Of a stretch of DNA of 64,000 bases, positions 10,342-21,805 are shown one piece after another; position 1 is the first letter of the stretch, and each line of letters starts with the position of its first letter. Origin of the DNA: Blastocladiella emersonii ATCC 22665 (taxonomy: Eukaryota; Fungi; Blastocladiomycota); assembly GCA_025594325.1 (NCBI GenBank), contig JANHCV010000015.1:806001-870000 (forward strand), given 5' to 3'. A program made the translations under genes and the position numbers. The notes under the pieces were generated by a model. The model was given only the letters and a program-made list of their open reading frames with translations. It had not been told where the DNA came from and did not search any database.

Positions 10342-12279
10342 ATGAATCTTGAATCGCGCTTACCGCCGCCGCCAGTGCCCGCGCGCACCGCTGGCCTGCA
10401 GCAGCTCGCCCACCCCAGCAGCGACGCGCGCGCGGAAGCGCAACCGCCTCAACCAGCCGTAGCGCAGGTCCTCGCCTTGCCGACCAACGGTCCTTCTGCC
10501 GCAGCCGCAGAGGGGAGCGCTCCACGCGTCACGATGCCCACAGTGCCGCGTCGCCCTGCTCTCGTCATGGACGGCGACGATCTTCCTCTGCGACTGCCGC
10601 CGCTCAATGCTTCGACCCCTCAGCACATCTGCTCGCTCAAGCAGTGCGACTGCGCCCGTAGCGCCACGATTGCTCCTCTCGAACCAGCGGCGGAAGCGTC
10701 GCAGGGACGCGCATCGCTTGGCGCGTCGCTGCTCAAGATGCAGGTGCTTGTTCTTCAGTCCAAGACGGCCGCGGCGGCGGCGGGCGATAGGTCGGCCGCC
10801 ATCAGCAAGATTGCTTCGCTCCAGAGTGAGCGTGCTGCCGCCATTGCTGCTCGCGACGAGGCTGTTTGTGCGCGGGCAGAAGCCAAGTCGCGCGTGGAAC
10901 CGTTGTACAAGAAGGCCAGGAAGCTCATGCTTGACCTGGGTCGGGTGCAGAAGAGCCACGCCAAGGTGTCAACGCAGCTCGCTCAATCGTTCGCGGCCCG
11001 GGAGCAGCTGTCCAAGGACCTCATGGTGGAGCGTGCCGCTCGCGCCGCGCTCGACAAGCAGCTCGAAGAGACGGCCAAAAAGCTCAAGAAGGCGGCGCTG
11101 CGTGAAGCGCGCACCGCCCGCCAAATGAGCGACACTGCGGCCGAGCTTGATCAAGAGCGAGCACATCATGCCGCCACCGTTCTGCGGCTCGATGTGGTTG
11201 CCTCAAACCAGGCGCAACTCAAGTCGCAGCTCAACTCGGTCGTCTCGGACAAGGCGCGCCTCCAGTCACAGCTGAACTCAGTCTCCAAGGACAAGATGGA
11301 CCTCAAGTTGCAGCTCGACTCGGCTGTCGCGGACAAGACGGACCTCAAGTCGCAGCTCGACTCGGCTGTCGCGGACAAGATGGACCTCAAGTCGCAGCTC
11401 GACTCGGCTGTTGCAGACAAGACGGACCTCAAGTCGCAGCTCGACTTGGCTGTCGCGGACAAGACGTGCCTCAAGTCGCAGCTCGATTCGGTCATCGTGA
11501 ACAAGACGCTCCTCGCCTCGCATCTGGACTTGGTCGTCAAAGAGAAGCAGCGTCTTGAGTCACGGCTCAACAAGGCTGGCATGGACCTCGCAGGCGTGAA
11601 AGCCGACTGCCTGGAACTGGCCAAGGAGCTCGACCTGGCCAACGCGCGCTGCTTCAAGGTCACGTCAAAGCTCACGGAGATGCAGACGCTTGTCGCCGTG
11701 TTGCGCGCCGACCAGAAGAAGAGCCTGGAGGCGCTGCAGCTCGCAGAGAATGAGCGCATCAAGGCGTCCAAGCAGCTCGAGGTGCAGATCAAGCAAGCCA
11801 AGCTTGCGACCACGGAGCACAAGGAGGCGACGACGCAGCTCGAGGCCAAGCTCCGCCACGAGCACAAGGACAAGACGGTGCAGCTCGAGGCCAAGCTCCG
11901 CGGCGAGCACAAGGCGGTGTTTGCAATTTCGGACCAGCGCGCAGCGGCCCTTCAAGCCGAGCTCAACGAGACCAAGAGTGTGCTCATGCCGGAGCGCAAC
12001 AAGAACGAGCGCTTGACCAACGAGCTTGCAGAATCTGGACGGAAGGCGTCCACTGCCGCTACCAGTCTAGATTGCGCCAATATGAAGGTTAAGTACCTTT
12101 GCCAAGCGATCGCCAAGAACGAGCTGGCAACGGACGACCTGCTGGACAACCTCCTTCACCACTACGTGACTTCGCAGGATTCCAAGCTGCTCACGGGCAA
12201 CACGGCTGGTATCGCGGCAAAGAAGCGAAAGCTCAAGACCATCACTGAGACTAGCCCAGTGAAGCGGACGCGTGTCTGA
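10342..12279 (+). CDS. long coiled-coil protein with 14-aa tandem repeats and basic NLS-like C-terminus
   Basis: 645-aa intronless ORF with heptad-rich sequence; ends KKRKLK..PVKRTRV. Confidence 0.8.
   Translation: MNLESRLPPPPVPARTAGLQQLAHPSSDARAEAQPPQPAVAQVLALPTNGPSAAAAEGSAPRVTMPTVPRRPALVMDGDDLPLRLPPLNASTPQHICSLKQCDCARSATIAPLEPAAEASQGRASLGASLLKMQVLVLQSKTAAAAAGDRSAAISKIASLQSERAAAIAARDEAVCARAEAKSRVEPLYKKARKLMLDLGRVQKSHAKVSTQLAQSFAAREQLSKDLMVERAARAALDKQLEETAKKLKKAALREARTARQMSDTAAELDQERAHHAATVLRLDVVASNQAQLKSQLNSVVSDKARLQSQLNSVSKDKMDLKLQLDSAVADKTDLKSQLDSAVADKMDLKSQLDSAVADKTDLKSQLDLAVADKTCLKSQLDSVIVNKTLLASHLDLVVKEKQRLESRLNKAGMDLAGVKADCLELAKELDLANARCFKVTSKLTEMQTLVAVLRADQKKSLEALQLAENERIKASKQLEVQIKQAKLATTEHKEATTQLEAKLRHEHKDKTVQLEAKLRGEHKAVFAISDQRAAALQAELNETKSVLMPERNKNERLTNELAESGRKASTAATSLDCANMKVKYLCQAIAKNELATDDLLDNLLHHYVTSQDSKLLTGNTAGIAAKKRKLKTITETSPVKRTRV
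11206..11580 (+). repeat. 42-bp coding tandem repeat (about 9 units; consensus DKTDLKSQLDSAVA)
   Basis: Units start at 11206, 11248, 11290, 11332, 11374, 11416, 11458, 11500 and 11542; the central four are near-identical. Confidence 0.95.
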
Positions 12280-12880
12280 CGGTGGTGTAGCGCGTTGACT
12301 TTGTGAATTAGAATGAGCCGTTAAAAAAACAAGCTATGAGCAGCAGCTGAAAGTGAGCTTGAGGGCCGTGTGATTGTTATGCGAACGTAACAGAGTCAAG
12401 CAGAGAGCGCAGGCAGGAATAGTAATCCCACCTCGGTTAGCCGCGCAAGATTCACACCTGCGAGCGTGAGCGTAACAGCTTTGAACAAATTGGACCTACG
12501 ACGAGAACCAACGGCTGCGTGCAAGCCTTGGCAGCGAGAAAGTCAACCCGGCCACGAAAGCCCAACCCAGTCCGCAAGGAAAATGACATAGCAAGAAAGG
12601 GCAGCGCACCAGCACGTCAAAATAAGATTCCGCTCTATGCACCGTATCAACGAGGCCGCAGTCCGCTCGCTTCACAAACCTAGGGCGGGCGAGGAGTGTG
12701 TGCTGCGCTCCGTGCGGGCCTTCGATCGTCCAGTCCAGTCCGGTCCAGCTTCGTTAGATTGCATCAAGTTATCTCATATTTTCGTGCATTCTTGTGGGTG
12801 TAAAAAGGAGCGTTCGTTCTGCGTCGTGTCGGCCTCGCCGTCCAACAAAGTGGGTCGACCATGGGCCTGTCACATATGTC

Positions 12881-15270
12881 ACACCAGCCAGCGTGGCGCA
12901 ACGCGTCTTTTCCGCTTCGTACCGCGGGCGTTTTATAAATTCGGCTGCTCGGGTACCACTATTTGAATAATAGAAGCACTCAAGGCATTAGTTTAGGAAG
13001 AGAACGGCGGCAAGACGTGTATGGAACGAAAACAAAAGGCGACGCCCGACCGTTCCTCCATGTAAGGTATCGATCGAGAGACCGCCCACCGCCACCCAGG
13101 CCTATCACCGACCCACTACACGATCAGCGAGAGTATTGGTGCAACCCTGTCCATAATCGTATCAATCGCAGATGGTTATTCTCTCCAACGGACAGCCAGG
13201 CGATGCGTGAACAGTCGGCCGTTCTAATTTTAAGTGAGATTGGCGACAGGCCCGAGTACATGCGGCTCTGGGTCGGGTGGAAGGCCGTGCTCACGTCGAT
13301 CTCCAACTGGGACCTGCCGCCGGAGAAGTGGACCAAGGTCATGGTCCTGTACGCCGGCATCGACGCGCTGGCGTCGTTCGAGGTCGGCCGCGTCCTTCGC
13401 CGCTTCGCCGACCCCGCCCTCTGGACGCCGGGCATGCCCACGCTCCCGCTCAACCCCTTCTACCGCCCGCTCCACCGCCGCGCTCACGGGGCCGACCTGC
13501 TCGAGTACATCCGCCGAGCCCTCGCCTACTGCCTCGCCCGCGAGGGCCAGCAGACCGTCGAGCAGATGTCCAAGACGATCGGCGACTGGGACCTCATCAA
13601 GGGGCTCGGCGAGCGGACGCGCATCCTGCACATTGCCGTGGACCACCTCGAGGCCGCCGGTGTTGTCAAGCGCGTCAAGCACGACAACAAGGACACGCTC
13701 GTCATCACGCACGTGTGCCTGACCAAGGCCATCCCGCCGCTCGCCACGCCCGACATGCCGCCGCCGCCGGCTCCCGAGGTGGCGGCCCTGCTCGAGACGC
13801 TCAAGCGCGTCGTGCCGTGGCTCTCGGGCATCGAAATGACGCTCCGCGACACCATGATCGGGTACCTCATCGACCACCACCCGGAGCTGGTGTTGTACAC
13901 GGCGCCGGTGTCGACCCGGATCGCCGAGGCGTGGCTCGAGGAGATCGGCGAGGCGGGGCGCGAGCGGCTCAGCAACGCGCAGGCCGCCGCCAAGGCCGAC
14001 AAGGAGGCCGAGGCCCGCAACAAGGAGATCAAGGCCCGCGAGAAGGAGATCAAGATCCGCGAGCAGGAGGAGCGCAAGATCCGCAAGGAGATGCAGATCA
14101 AGGCCGCCGCTGCTGCCCGCGCCGCCCGCACACGCGAGATGGAGATCAAGGCCCACGAGAACCGCGAGAAGAAGCAGCTCAAGCGGCAGCGCGCCGACGG
14201 CGGCCAGGGCCACGGCGAGACCACGACGCAGCAGATCTCGAGCGGCACGCCGTCGTCCTCTTCATTGGCAGGTATGGCGGCCGCGGCCGTCAGCGGGTCC
14301 GAGGGCGAGGCGCAGCAGCAGCAGCAGCCGCTGCCCGAGTCGAATCCAGAGCTCGAGCTGTAGCCCAAGAAGAAGAAACAGCGCCGGTACTGAACCAAGA
14401 AGATCCAGACCAAGAACAAGACCGAGGGCGAGTAGGAGGGGCGCAGCAGGTGCACGGGCATGGAGGTTGTAGTAGTGGTAGAAGGGGCGTGGGGATGATG
14501 TTATGTTGCGTGGTATCTGAGCGTGTGTTGGGAAGTTGGACGTTGGTCTTTCGCGAGTCGAGTTTATGGGGGTTGAGGCGGCCGAGGGCAGTGCTGGTAG
14601 TACCGGCCGGGAGTCCCGTGTCGTTTCTGCACGCGCGCCTTCGGCGTTGCATGTGGCCTGCTCAATAGGGAACTCGAACGCGCGATTCAAGAGCTAGTAT
14701 TCTCGCCTCGTCTCGTGTGCTGTATACCCGCATAGTTGCCTGCCGAAGGCACGTCCTCGTCGTCGCTTGGCCCGAGTGAGTATCAGGCGCGCTTCTCGCA
14801 TGGAGATCAGCCGGGTGTTGGTGACTTTGCCAGAGCACGCCAGTCGATGAATCCAGTCTCGCGTTCGAACCCTACCCAAGAGGGCTCGCGGGATGGTTGG
14901 GTTTTGCCCCCCTTTTTGCCGTCGTGTGCGACTTGACCCCAAAGCAGCTAGCCAAGTCGATCAATCGTACACCAGGATCAGCGAGATGGGTTTCCTTTTC
15001 CCCCATCGTTCACTCATAGATAGCAATTTCGATGAAACGCTCGCACACGACGCGGGCGACGACTTTGCCGCTGCCTCAACCGCTCGCTTGCTCGATCAAT
15101 GGCCATCGGATGGCCGCGGCGTACCACAGCTCAGCTCACCGACGCTGCATCTCAAATGCGCGTCATCGTGAGCCACCGTCGTCGTGAATACGGATCAGAC
15201 CAGAGAACAACCAAACGTGACCGCGTTGCGCCACTCAGCCACTCAGCATCGCTGCACCGTGTGGCGCAGT
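12881..15270. mobile_element. putative element 2 with the same A/B ends as element 1, carrying a captured exonuclease gene fragment
   Basis: A end ACACCAGCCAGCGTGGCGCAACGCGTC matches 8389-8415 at 26/27 positions. B end AACGTGACCGCGTTGCGCCACTCAGCCACTC matches 9145-9175 at 30/31 positions and is followed by GTGGCGCAGT in both copies. Confidence 0.45.
12963..14435 (+). pseudogene. 5'-truncated DEDDy 3'-5' exonuclease (WRN/Mut-7-like) gene fragment with K/E-rich tail
   Basis: SNWDLPPEKWTKVMVLYAGIDALAS resembles the SNW..PL..Q..YAAxDA ExoIII motif; ExoI and ExoII are absent. Host-like GC3 bias begins only near 13250. The frame continues past stops at 14361 and 14391 as PKKKKQRRY*TKKIQTKNKTEGE*. 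Confidence 0.6.
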
Positions 15271-15359
15271 TTCGCGACGCACATCCAAGGCGACTCAGAA
15301 ACACAAAGAGCACAAGAGCGATGACGCTGACCGTGTATTCTCATTCCTGAGCACTTCTA

Positions 15360-17876
15360 CTAAGCTCGCACCAGCTGCCGGAGCCACGCAAGACACGCGT
15401 CAGGCGCCATGACGGCGGCCTCCCACATGCCCGCCTCGGCGGTGCCGTGGATCCGTGCGACCTGCACGTAGTAGTCGCGGTACACGCGCGCGATGCCATC
15501 GACCACGGGCACCGCGACGCCCGCGCGCGCTGCCGCCGGCAGGTCGTTGAGGTACGCGTCGATCCGCGCGGCCGTCTCCCGTAGCGCGGGCTCGGTCGAC
15601 TCGCGCCATTCGGCGGCGACGCGAATCGTCGCGTCAAGCGCAGCCCATGGCGCCGCAGCCGGGTCGACGATCAGGTTGGGACCGAGCGCTGCGGCGCGGA
15701 CGAGCCACCGTTTGAGCGGCTGCGTGGTGGCGTGGACGCGGTCGAGGACTAGCTCGTCGCGCGCGCGGATCAGGGCGGCGTGGACGGCAGCGCGGATGTC
15801 GACGTCCGCGTCGCGTGTCGGAGCGGACGCGGGAGATGAACCCGTCGCGAGGGACAGGACCGAGTCGAGCAGCGACGACGACGAGGAGGACGCGACCGAG
15901 TCGGCGCGGGCATTGGCGAGCAACCGTTCGTGCGGCGTTATGTAAGCGTCGATGCCGGGGATCTCGTCGACCGCAGTCGCGAGCCGGAAAAGCTCGCGAA
16001 CGCGCGAGAGCTGCAGGTCGAGTAGCCCTGCGGCGTCGCCTGAGAGGACAGCGGGCGATGAGGCGGTCTGAATCGAGAGCTTGCCTTGGCCCGCAGCTGC
16101 CACCAACGTAGCGGGAGCGGGGATCGATTGCGAGAGCGACTGGAGCCGCGGGAGCAGCTCGGTGAGGACTGCCGAGTGAGCGAGGCGTTGGACGAGAACG
16201 GCAGGAAGGCCATGGCTCGCGTAGCGCAGGAGAGCGGCCGTTGAGTCGAGCATCGACGGGTGGTACCGCTGCACCTCCGGACCGCCAAAAGTATGCGCGA
16301 GCTGCGACTGGATGCGCTCGAGGAGGTGACGGCGGGCCTCGGCCAACAGATCGGCGAGAAGCGGGTGCTGGTCCGAGCCGCTGTTGTTCCCTTGAGCGGC
16401 GGCAAGCGTGTGCGAGAGCTCGGCGAGGACGGCGAGGTCCGTCTCGGCAGCGACGCGCGGGCGGAAAAATGCGTCGACAGGGCGGACGAGGAAGTCGATC
16501 AGGGGTCTATGGCGGGCGAGAGGTATGTCAGTAACGCCCCACATAACAGTTCAGGGGGTTGTAACGACGTACTGAGCGTCGGCGCGGTGCGCACTCGAGA
16601 AGAGCACGTCAAAGAGGGCGAACTCGTCGTCGATGAGGGAGGCCAAGCACGGCAATCCAACCGAGAGCTACAGTCACGAGCAAGCGAGGTCGTGGGTGTG
16701 AGCGGCCCAGTGAAAACGGAATGCGAATCGAGCCGCACCTGCTCGACCACGTCAGTCATGCCGACCTCGAGGCAATGCACGAGCGCGTCCACGATCGGGC
16801 CAACAATCTGGTGCCGCGTGGTGAGGTACGCGTTGACGCACTCGGCGCGCAGCGCGTGGTACTCGGGATGGTCGACGCAGCGCGACGTGAGCTCGCGCAT
16901 GATGGGACCCGCAGCGGTACAGGCCGCGCGGAAGGTGAGCGCCCACGGTGCCGTTTGGACCACGGCCATGAGCGAGACCACGGCGTCAGCGCCTCGATGC
17001 TGCTGCGCGGGTGAAGAAGCGGAAGGAGAAGGAAGAATCGACTGGAGGTCGAGTTTGGGCGAGGTCGACCCAACATCGCCGCCACTACCCGAGCCAGAGA
17101 CGCCCGCCGCGGTGAGCAGGTCGGGCGGAGATCGCGCAAGACCGCGGACGACACCAACGACGTGGTTGCGCACGGCCGTCATAGCCTTGGTCATGCACTG
17201 GCGGAACCGCGCGTGGTACAGCGCCGCGTCGGTGAAGTGTGAATTGGCCGCCATGAACGCCATGCACTCGTCGGCGCGCGCGAGCGGCGCAGCGAGGGTC
17301 TCGGCGGGCTCAAGCGGCAGCGGCGACTGATTGACCCACTGCGCAAAGTCCTCGAGGAAAGCAAAGTGCCCGAGGTGCGTCTCGATCTCGCGCGCGATAC
17401 GCTCCACCTCACCCTTGTCGCGCATGAGGCGGTCGGTGGCATCGCGCAGCACGCCGTGGGTCGCCTGCAACGAGTCAAAGCGCGACTCGATCGTGTCAAG
17501 GAGGGTGCCCGTCGACGCGAGTTGGCCTGTGAGGGCGCGGCAGGCGTCCACGTTAGCGACAAGGGCACGCGCATGAACACTACAGTTTGCGTTAGGTTAG
17601 TTAACGGCCCACGAGCACACAAGGTCAGTGCAACGAGTACCAGAGAGGGTGCGACTCGGGCAGCGGGCTTGCGGCAACCTTGGACAGCGCCAGAGCCTCC
17701 ATGTCGTCGAGAAGCTGGTCGGCGGAAGACTGCGATTGCTGAGCGGCATTTTTGTCGGTGGGTGCGAGCCCAAAGACAAAGGCCGGATCGACGGCAACTT
17801 CCTCAAGCGCGAGGAACACGTCGACCTGGGCGTCGTCGAGCGGGACGAGGCGGTCCCAGTCCGGGATAGATGTCAT
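15360..17876 (-). CDS. COG3: conserved oligomeric Golgi complex subunit 3 (Sec34), multi-exon
   Basis: N-terminal WDRLVPLDDAQ; Sec34-domain motif ADECMAFMAANSHF..ALYHARFRQCMTKAM..RNHVV. Exon boundaries approximate. Confidence 0.85.
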
Positions 17877-18403
17877 GGTGTTGATGCGTTAGAGCAGTTG
17901 CATGAAGTGAGAGTGGCCGTTGTAGAATTCACGGACGTGCGTTGGGAGGGAGGAGGGGCGAAGGGCGCGCCGAGACGGGGGTGGCCGAGACACCGTGTGG
18001 CGCGCTCTCCCTTGAGCTCACCCACACGTGTTATCGCGACGCGTCTCGCGAATGCCTCACGCTGTCGGCGCTGAATCACACGGATTAGGGACCTGTGAGG
18101 ATGTGGGGAACAAAGTGCGGGGGGCAGTCACTCTCGTGGGGCATGGCGGATCTGTTGCTGGACTGCACTCGACAGGGCACGGTTTGCACGAGGCGGACGA
18201 GCAGCGTAGTGTTTTGTCAGCCGTAACTTTAGAGCTGTGTTCACCACCAGGACCCTTGACATCGACCCAACAACGTATTGCGCCACGTCGCGAAGAATGA
18301 CAGTCGGTTCGCCTGATCACTGCGGGCTTGCCGATTGTTGGTCACGCAGAGCATCGCTTGCGGCTCAACTCTCTCCTGCTCCACGCTCTCTACGACACTT
18401 TCT

Positions 18404-19684
18404 ATGGAACTTATGGATTCGGGACTTCCCGCAATGGACCTGACGGAACTCAACGCTGCCTTCGAACGCGGCGATGTCGACACGTTGCGTGAGTGGCAGC
18501 GCGACGGGCGGCTGACTTCGGTTCCGATGGACTGCCTCGAGGTCGCGCACGACAACAAGCACGCTTCGGTCTTCTTGTGGTTTCGCGAGGCGAAGCTACT
18601 GCTTGATGCTCCCTACGCACGCGACCTTCCGCCGCCCCCGCCTCGTGCGACTGATTCGATTCCTTGGCCTCCCGAACACCATCTCGCGCCCGAGTACGAG
18701 CTTGCAGAGACGACGCTTGCAATCTCCCTTGGGCAAAGCACGGAGTGCGACTTATCCTGTCGATACGAGTACCCTACAGAGGTGCTCGAGTCATTTGCTC
18801 GCGCCTTCCGCTCGCCGCACCAGCGCGTCCAATCGCTCACGCTTGGCTTCCCCACTGCCACCAACATTTGCCGCGGGATTCGGCGGCTCCCCGATTCAAT
18901 CACGCAGCTTACGATCGGCTCTGCGCTCATCTTCCGCGGCCCCGACTCGCTTGTCCCCGCCGACTGGCTTCCAGCGCGCCTCACCGAGCTCGAAGTGTTC
19001 AGTGATGCGAACGACATTGGTTCACTCGACCGCGTGTTCAGATACCTCCCGCCAACGCTTCAAGAGTTCCGGCTTGTCTGCTCGCATCTCGGGCGCCTCC
19101 ATCTCGTCAACCGCCTGGATGCGTTTAGAGTCCTCGTTGCAGTCGCGCGCTTACCGGCGACCCTCGGACACCTCGTACTCGACTGGCTCGACTTTGTGCC
19201 CGCGGATCTCGACATTCTCGGCCAGCTTCTGCCTCCCTCGCTCGTGACGCTTGATCTTACTCGCTCGAAGCTCGACCAAGGTCGAGCCGAAGCGCTCTTC
19301 CCGCATCTTCCGCGCGGCTTGCGCAGCCTCACCTTGGAATCCACGAACATGGCCCTCACCGAGTTCCTTGACAAGTGTCCGCCCCAGCTCGCAGTCCTTG
19401 ACATTCGCGACACGTACTGCATCGTGGACGACTTTCCCGAGAACTTTCCGCCGTCCCTCAACAAGCTGTCCATGACCGTGTACGAGCGGAGCGCGTCTGA
19501 CAAGCTCAAGGACATTCGTGACCGCGCCCCGCCCACCATGTTCATCCACACCGAGTTTTGGGACGAGTTCAGTAAATTCGCGGAGACTCGTTCCGAGAGC
19601 TTTATCCACCTCGTGTACCGCGGCCGCGGAAAGGAGGTCCGCCCGCAGTTGGAGACTCGCGAGGGTCGCGATCGACCTCGTTGA
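18404..19684 (+). CDS. leucine-rich repeat (RNI-like) protein with ankyrin-like N-terminus
   Basis: Repeated LPxxLxxLxL units (LPDSITQLTI, LPARLTELEV, LPPTLQEFRL, LPPSLVTLDL, LPRGLRSLTL); N-terminal AAFERGDVDTLREW. Confidence 0.75.
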   Translation: MELMDSGLPAMDLTELNAAFERGDVDTLREWQRDGRLTSVPMDCLEVAHDNKHASVFLWFREAKLLLDAPYARDLPPPPPRATDSIPWPPEHHLAPEYELAETTLAISLGQSTECDLSCRYEYPTEVLESFARAFRSPHQRVQSLTLGFPTATNICRGIRRLPDSITQLTIGSALIFRGPDSLVPADWLPARLTELEVFSDANDIGSLDRVFRYLPPTLQEFRLVCSHLGRLHLVNRLDAFRVLVAVARLPATLGHLVLDWLDFVPADLDILGQLLPPSLVTLDLTRSKLDQGRAEALFPHLPRGLRSLTLESTNMALTEFLDKCPPQLAVLDIRDTYCIVDDFPENFPPSLNKLSMTVYERSASDKLKDIRDRAPPTMFIHTEFWDEFSKFAETRSESFIHLVYRGRGKEVRPQLETREGRDRPR

Positions 19685-19752
19685 CTCTCAGCGCCCGGCT
19701 TGTTTTTCAGGAGAGTGCAGGGTTCAATTATATACACACATTGTCGATTCTT

Positions 19753-21350
19753 CTACAGCATCCGGATCACATTCGCCGCGTTGCTCCGCGACCGTTCGGC
19801 AAACATGGCCGCCCGCGCCGGCTGCCTCGGCGCTTGCCGCATGACGGGTATCGAGGCCGAAGCGCCGGAGCCCGCCGCGCGGTACGACGTGACAGGCAGC
19901 GCCTCGAGCCGCACGCGTGTCCGCGATTCGATGACGGCGGCAATTGACGCTGGCGGGGAGGGCCGATCGCTCGCGGCGGAGGCGGCCACCGATCCTCGCC
20001 GCGAGACCGTAAGCGGTGTAAGCGACGGCGGCGGAGTCTCGTCGACGGCTTGCTGCACGCCTTGCGCCGGCACAAAGAAGACGAGGTGGTCGTCGTCGGC
20101 CTCGTGCTGCGCGGTCCCGTCGGCCGCGACGGGAACAATAACGGTGGCCTCGTGCTGGTGGTACCGCGGCAGCGCGTCGGCCGTGACCATAAGCTCAGCG
20201 GGCGTCGCGCCATCGAGCATGCGGCGGTCGGCCGGCTGCAACGTGCGGTCGCGGTTGAGCAGGGCGCGCAGCTTGCCGCTGTACAGGAACCGGACCCGGA
20301 CGCACGCGTAGAGCGAGATGACGAGCGCGACCGAGAAGATGCACCCAATGATGTACGCCGGAAAGAAGAGGCCGATCCCAGGCGACCGGCTGTCCGTGTC
20401 GGTCGACTTGACCCATACGTCGAGACTGCACGAGCCGCTGACGCACGGCCCAAAGATGCACTCGACGCCGCTGGTACAGTTTTCGCCCGGGTACCCGGCG
20501 GCAGCGAGCGTCCGGGTCATGCACGGCGCCATCGTGTAAGCGTTCGTGGCGGCGTTGTAGATGTAGTTGATGTCGCGGTCAAAGCTCGGCGAGACGCGGT
20601 ACGCGTACGCGACGGTGGTCTCGACCGTTGCGCCAGAAGGGAAGAAGGTGTCGGGAAAGAGGCCGCTGCCAGGCCGAGGCATGCGAGCACCTGGAATCTG
20701 GCCGTCGTTGGTCAACGGGTTGCACGCGGCACCCATGGGAAGCGAAGGCAAGCAGATGCCGAGGCGGTAATTTGGGCTCGAGTTGGCGAGGGATGGTTTG
20801 TAGATAAACTGTTCGACCTGGTTGCGCAAATCGGAGGGCATGGCGGCGGACATGGACTGCGGGAGCGGGCCGAGCACCGGTCCGCCACCGCGACCGCGCA
20901 GGAGCGGATCTGTAAGCGGCACGCATTGGACGGCATGGTGAAGAAGATACTCGGTCGGACACTGTTGCATGCCACAGAAAGTCAGCTTGGCGCCTACACA
21001 CGATGAACCGCAGGTCAGCCACGGTGTTAAGCGCGACCTGCCTGTAGCTTACCCAAGACAGCATCGTCGACGGCCATTGCGTCGCGCGGGCCCTTGGACG
21101 TCGCGGCACGGACCGCCGCGAATTCGGAGCCGCACTTGTCCTTGAGGCAGGCAGCATAAGACAAGGGAGGGCTATCCGCAATCTCGCCGTTGAGGTACTG
21201 GTTGCGGCAAGTGTACTTGCGGTCGGTCGTGCAGAACTCGCCGACGGGGATCGCGGCGAGGTCCCTTGCTGGCCCGGGGAACAGGCCGCGGAACGAATCG
21301 GCGTCGCCGGTCCCGTTACGTGCGGTGCGCAAGGTTGCATACGACGCCAT
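19753..21350 (-). CDS. single-pass membrane protein with cysteine-rich ectodomain
   Basis: GENCTSGVECIFGPCVSGSC followed by TM segment IGLFFPAYIIGCIFSVALVISLYACV; one intron (~20992-21053) joins the two ORFs in frame (VLG|AKLTFCGMQQC). Confidence 0.7.
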
Positions 21351-21805
21351 GGTGAAGAGCGGGCTCGATACTCAAAGATACATGGGCAAGAAGTTGCGTT
21401 GTCAAGGGAGAGAGAGCGGCCGATCGAGCGGCCCACATCGCGCAAGTTTGTACTGCCTCGCGCGCGATGTCCGCGTGGGCCATTTTGACGCCCGGTGGCG
21501 CATTCTAGAGACGGTCAAGCGCGCGCGCAGCTGCATCAAGTCATCCTTTCATGCCTTCATGGTGGGGCCATCCAGTGGCAGAGCCGGGATGAGCGGTCGG
21601 GCCTGCTGACCTCAGCGGCGCCGCCGTGTGGCGCGACGCGGTTTTTCTCAGCGGTCGGAGTGGCGCAGCAACCGCTCACGTGGCCTCTGCTGACCCCAGA
21701 CGCACATTCACTCGAGGCCCGCCGCTGCTCGTCGCGAACACCTCGCGCCTTCCGACGTGATCGCCACGGCACGCCCACCCCACGGAACTGCAACGTATCA
21801 CCACC

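Noticed and set aside
11290-11500. Regularly spaced repeats as a possible CRISPR array
   Set aside because: Head-to-tail 42-bp coding units with no unique spacers, in a eukaryotic context.
4735-12279. Endogenous giant-virus or Starship origin of the orphan island
   Set aside because: No capsid, polymerase, packaging ATPase or tyrosine recombinase gene and no defined boundaries in the window.
19753-19930. LEALPVTSY suggesting an ATL-type RING-H2 ligase tail
   Set aside because: No Cys/His RING pattern follows in frame and no splice route to one is evident.
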